A stretch of DNA of 47,670 nt from Oscillospiraceae bacterium (lineage in GTDB: Bacteria; Bacillota; Clostridia; Oscillospirales; Oscillospiraceae), in contig DAOPXW010000003.1 in NCBI GenBank assembly GCA_035352555.1, positions 1 to 47,670 on the forward strand. The letters run 5' to 3'. The position numbers and the translations under genes are program-made. This document shows, in pieces, positions 45,100 through 47,670 of the stretch. Numbering within the stretch: the first letter of the stretch is position 1; each line of letters starts with the position of its first letter. The notes beneath the pieces were generated by a model, which saw nothing but the letters and a program-made list of their open reading frames with translations, searched no databases and had not been told where the DNA came from.

Positions 45100-45447
45100 T
45101 CAGAACGGGAAGCCCCCGCCCATGCCGTTTTGCATTTTGTTCATGGTCTCGCTGGTGGTATCGTCACACAGGCGCAGCGCCTCGTTCACGGCTGCCAGCA
45201 CCATGTCCTGCAGCATCTCCACATCGCCCGGGTCCACGGCCTCGGGCTTGATTTCGATGCTCTCAAATTCCCGGGTACCCAGCAGAGTGGCTTTCACTAC
45301 GCCGCCGCCCGCGGTAGCCTCAAATTTCCGCGCTTCCAGCTCCTGCTGCATCTTCAGGAATTCCTGCTGCATTTTCTGAGCCTTTTTCATCATGTCCATC
45401 TGGTTGCCGCCGCCGGGATACCCGCCGCGGAATCCACCTTTTGCCAT
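45100..45447 (-). CDS. ybaB: Nucleoid-associated protein YbaB/EbfC
   Basis: Has the blocks KKAQKMQQEFLKMQQEL and GGGVVKAT. It starts 1 nt after the dnaX stop. Confidence 0.9.
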   Translation of the reverse strand: MAKGGFRGGYPGGGNQMDMMKKAQKMQQEFLKMQQELEARKFEATAGGGVVKATLLGTREFESIEIKPEAVDPGDVEMLQDMVLAAVNEALRLCDDTTSETMNKMQNGMGGGFPF

Positions 45448-45448
45448 T

Positions 45449-47131
45449 TCAGTCTCCTCCTGTAAAATGTACTTCCCTGAATTTTTTCAATTCTTCGATA
45501 TTCCGCGCCGGCGGGGCGGCGTCCTCGCGCATCTCCGCGACGGTCACATTGACGGGGCGGCCCAGAGCGTCCCCCGCGGCCTGCCGGAAGGACAAGAGCA
45601 CATTGGGTGTGCTGAACTGGCCGTAAAGGAAGCCTGGCGTCACGGAAAGCCGCAGACTGCCGCCGTCCAGTGTCCCGGTGATCACGCCTGGATCGCCCAG
45701 ATAGATCCGCAGCCCGGGAGGCAGCAGCGCTTCCGCCCGGCGGGAGATCTCGGCCCAGCCGGCGCTGCCGTCGGCTTCGGAAGGGAGCGGGAGATCCACC
45801 GCCGGCGGTGCTGGCTCGGCTTCCGCCTCGGGCTCCGGATCTTCCGTGATCTCATCCTCCGGCTCGGGAGGCTCATCCTCGCCCCAGGGAGGGCGATCGT
45901 CCTCCGGCTCGGGCGGAGGCGGCGCCTGGGCGAGTGTGGGCGCGGAAACAGGAACGGTGGGCGGGACGACCGGTACGGCAACCGCCGCGCCCTGCGCGGC
46001 GGCGTTTTCCAGCCGGGCGACCCGGGCGCGGAGAGCGTCCATCCCGTCCAGCAGCTGGGGTTCGCACAGGGCGACCAGGCACAGCTCCGCCGCGGTGCGG
46101 GGGCTGCCTGCCTCGCGCATATCGGCCAGCGACTGCTGCACGCGATTCATATCGGTTACCAGCTCTGCCGCACTGAATTTTTTGGAAAAGTCCCGCAGGG
46201 AAGCGGCGTCGTAGCCGCCGGAAAGCAGCTCCGCTCCGCCCTTGGGGGCGATCAGCGTCATCAGCACGTCCCGCATCAGACCGGAAAGTTCTTTTAAAAT
46301 GGTGGCCGGGTCACGGCCGTCCTGCCAGAGCCTGCGGAACAGAGTCAGCGCGGCCGCGGTGTCGTGGGCGGCCACGCTGTTCAGCAGCGCGGCCACATTC
46401 TGCTTGCCTGCGAGACCCATGGAGGAATACACCGCGTCCACGGTGATATGCTCACGGCCGGAGCATTGATCCAGCAGAGAAAGGGCGTCGCGCATACCGC
46501 CCTCGGCCAGCCGGGCGATCAGCTCCGCGGCGTCAGGGTCAAGATGGAAATGCTCCTGCGCCGCGACATATTCCAGCCGTGGGGTGATCACGGCTGGGGC
46601 CAGCCGCTTGAAGGCGTGCCGCTGGCAGCGCGAGAGGATAGTGGCCGGGACTTTGTTCAGCTCCGTGGTGGCCAGAATAAACATCAAATGTTCCGGCGGC
46701 TCCTCCAGAATTTTCAGAAGCGCGTTGAAAGCCGGCGTGGACAGCATATGCACCTCATCCACGATGTACACGCGCTTTTTCACGGAGGCGGGGGAAAAAA
46801 TGGCCTCGTCCCGCAGGGCGCGGACATTGTCCACACCGTTGTTGGATGCGGCGTCCAGCTCCACGATGTCCATGACGGAGCCGTCCTCGATACCCAGACA
46901 GGCCGGACATTTGCCGCAGGGATTGCCGTTGACCGGGTGCTCGCAGTTCGCGGCCTTGGCAAGAATTTTGGCGCAGGTGGTCTTGCCGGTGCCCCGGGTG
47001 CCGATAAACAGATAAGCGTGGGACAGCCGCCCGGTCATGACCTGATTTTTCAGGGTCTCCGTGATATGCTCCTGCCCGACGACCTCGTCGAAGGTCCTGG
47101 GCCGCCATTTGCGGTACAGAGCCTGATACAA
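45449..47131 (-). CDS. dnaX: DNA polymerase III subunit gamma/tau
   Basis: Starts (TTG)YQALYRKWRPRTFDEVVGQEHI. Has Walker A GTRGTGKTT, the Zn module CGKCPAC and DEVHML. TTG start at 47131 with GGGGAGGTG upstream; the track ORF's extra N-terminus overlaps the SRP RNA. Confidence 0.95.
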   Translation of the reverse strand: MYQALYRKWRPRTFDEVVGQEHITETLKNQVMTGRLSHAYLFIGTRGTGKTTCAKILAKAANCEHPVNGNPCGKCPACLGIEDGSVMDIVELDAASNNGVDNVRALRDEAIFSPASVKKRVYIVDEVHMLSTPAFNALLKILEEPPEHLMFILATTELNKVPATILSRCQRHAFKRLAPAVITPRLEYVAAQEHFHLDPDAAELIARLAEGGMRDALSLLDQCSGREHITVDAVYSSMGLAGKQNVAALLNSVAAHDTAAALTLFRRLWQDGRDPATILKELSGLMRDVLMTLIAPKGGAELLSGGYDAASLRDFSKKFSAAELVTDMNRVQQSLADMREAGSPRTAAELCLVALCEPQLLDGMDALRARVARLENAAAQGAAVAVPVVPPTVPVSAPTLAQAPPPPEPEDDRPPWGEDEPPEPEDEITEDPEPEAEAEPAPPAVDLPLPSEADGSAGWAEISRRAEALLPPGLRIYLGDPGVITGTLDGGSLRLSVTPGFLYGQFSTPNVLLSFRQAAGDALGRPVNVTVAEMREDAAPPARNIEELKKFREVHFTGGD

Positions 47132-47158
47132 CCGCCACACCTCCCCGCATAATGATAT

Positions 47159-47451
47159 GGCTCTTGACAAGACTGCACACCCGACTTTGAATCATGCGAT
47201 ATGCCCGTTACGCCGGCAGCCGGCTCGGATCCGGCACCCTCGCGGCACACACGGAACACCGCTTAATGCTGCTCGGTTCCCCGCCTGACATGGTTCACGG
47301 GTCCGCGTTGCGCAAGACCGGATCTTCAACGCTGCTTACCGGGGTCAGACGGCACATTGCACACCCTCGGTCGGGAATTCGTCCCTGCTGTAGCGGATTG
47401 CAGGTACAGGGCACCGCTGGCTCCCCGACTAGTGCAGCCTTGTCAAAAGCC
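47159..47451 (-). ncRNA. ffs: Signal recognition particle RNA (long, Bacillus/Clostridium type with Alu domain)
   Basis: The minus strand reads CGGGGAGCCAGCGGUGCCCUGUACCUGCAAUCCGCU...CCAUGUCAGGCGGGGAACCGAGCAGCAUUAAG. That includes the domain IV GUCAGG / GGAA tetraloop / AGCAGC motifs. The terminal helix pairs GGCUUUUGACAAGGCUGCAC with GUGCAGUCUUGUCAAGAGCC. Its position upstream of dnaX matches the Firmicutes arrangement. Confidence 0.88.
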
Positions 47452-47460
47452 ACGATGGTC

Positions 47461-47489
47461 ATTTTACTACAGAAACGACGCTTTGGCAA
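47461..47489 (-). promoter_or_regulatory. SRP RNA promoter
   Basis: On the minus strand: TTGCCA (47489-47484), 17 nt, TAAAAT (47466-47461), about 10 nt upstream of the 5' helix. Confidence 0.55.
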
Positions 47490-47511
47490 TAAGAAGATTT
47501 TTGATTCCCTC

Positions 47512-47540
47512 TTTACAAAGAGAATTTTTATGTGTATAAT
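47512..47540 (+). promoter_or_regulatory. Promoter upstream of the tRNA-like fragment
   Basis: TTTACA (47512-47517), 17 nt, TATAAT (47535-47540). Confidence 0.5.
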
Positions 47541-47566
47541 ACTCAAGCACTCCAAAAATCAAACAC

Positions 47567-47600
47567 GGGCCTGTAGCGCAGTTGGGAGAGCACGCGGTAC
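47567..47600 (+). other. tRNA-like 5' fragment (acceptor 5' strand plus D-arm only)
   Basis: GGGCCUG-UA-GCGC-AGUUGGGA-GAGC has the conserved A14, G18G19 and A21. There is a G12-A23 mismatch. No anticodon stem partner and no T-arm (GTTCRA) follow in the remaining 70 nt. Confidence 0.3.
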
Positions 47601-47670
47601 GGTTTCAGCAACAGTAGTGTAACTCACTTGGCAACCACTAGATTCACATCGCAAAAATGGAAATATTTGG

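Noticed and set aside
46770-46790. dnaX programmed-frameshift-like sequence (GTG AAA AAG)
   Set aside because: It lies in the N-terminal ATPase region (SVKKRVYIVDEVH), not at a domain III/IV boundary. It is not a true X XXY YYZ heptamer, and no downstream hairpin is evident.
47194-47622. 142-aa ORF, plus smaller ORFs at 47050-47259, 47295-47555 and 47357-47539
   Set aside because: They overlap the SRP RNA gene and its promoter. The region is explained by the ncRNA.

Overview
This is a high-GC, densely coding, Clostridia-like chromosomal segment with about 50 CDS and one SRP RNA. I saw no rRNA, CRISPR array, transposase, integrase or phage structural gene.

Gene content, left to right:
- 1-5100: lipase (truncated by the window edge), methionine gamma-lyase-family enzyme, small Zn-ribbon and membrane proteins, truA.
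- 5300-10800: an FAD-linked LctD/GlcD-type dehydrogenase with EtfB/EtfA and a CxxCxxCC protein, then an Fe-alcohol dehydrogenase.
- 10900-12900: a PadR operon whose last gene carries an in-frame TAG.
- 13000-16500: a CbbQ/NorQ-type AAA+ ATPase, a NorD/CbbO-type vWA protein and a membrane-anchored alpha/beta-hydrolase in one operon.
- 16700-20800: split class-I fumarate (or tartrate) hydro-lyase, an Ldh_2-family dehydrogenase, and an aminotransferase.
- 20800-26200: LysR, then a P-loop NTPase, a four-subunit 2-oxoacid:ferredoxin oxidoreductase and an OFA-type MFS transporter.
- 26200-31500: an orphan hypA, H+/Na+-pyrophosphatase, feoA, feoB and a Cys-rich peptide.
- 31500-36000: an S8/SLH protease, a C39-like peptidase, DUF3810 and VanZ.
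- 36000-39600: an HTH-S24 repressor divergent from a Y-family DNA polymerase, and an ADP-ribosylglycohydrolase fused to an unknown C-terminal domain.
- 39700-42400: PadR with two tandem 393-aa DUF2812 paralogs.
- 42700-47670: iorAB, ybaB, dnaX, SRP RNA, and a promoter driving a broken tRNA-like fragment at the right edge.

Nothing here is a clear new system. The best candidates for unexplained biology are:
- the client-less AAA+/vWA/hydrolase operon;
- the NTPase-coupled OFOR/transporter module;
- the LexA-box-free S24-repressor/Y-polymerase cassette with a perfect operator palindrome;
- the ARH fusion protein;
- several strikingly perfect operator palindromes.

Many long ORFs in the supplied track are antisense artefacts of the high GC content.
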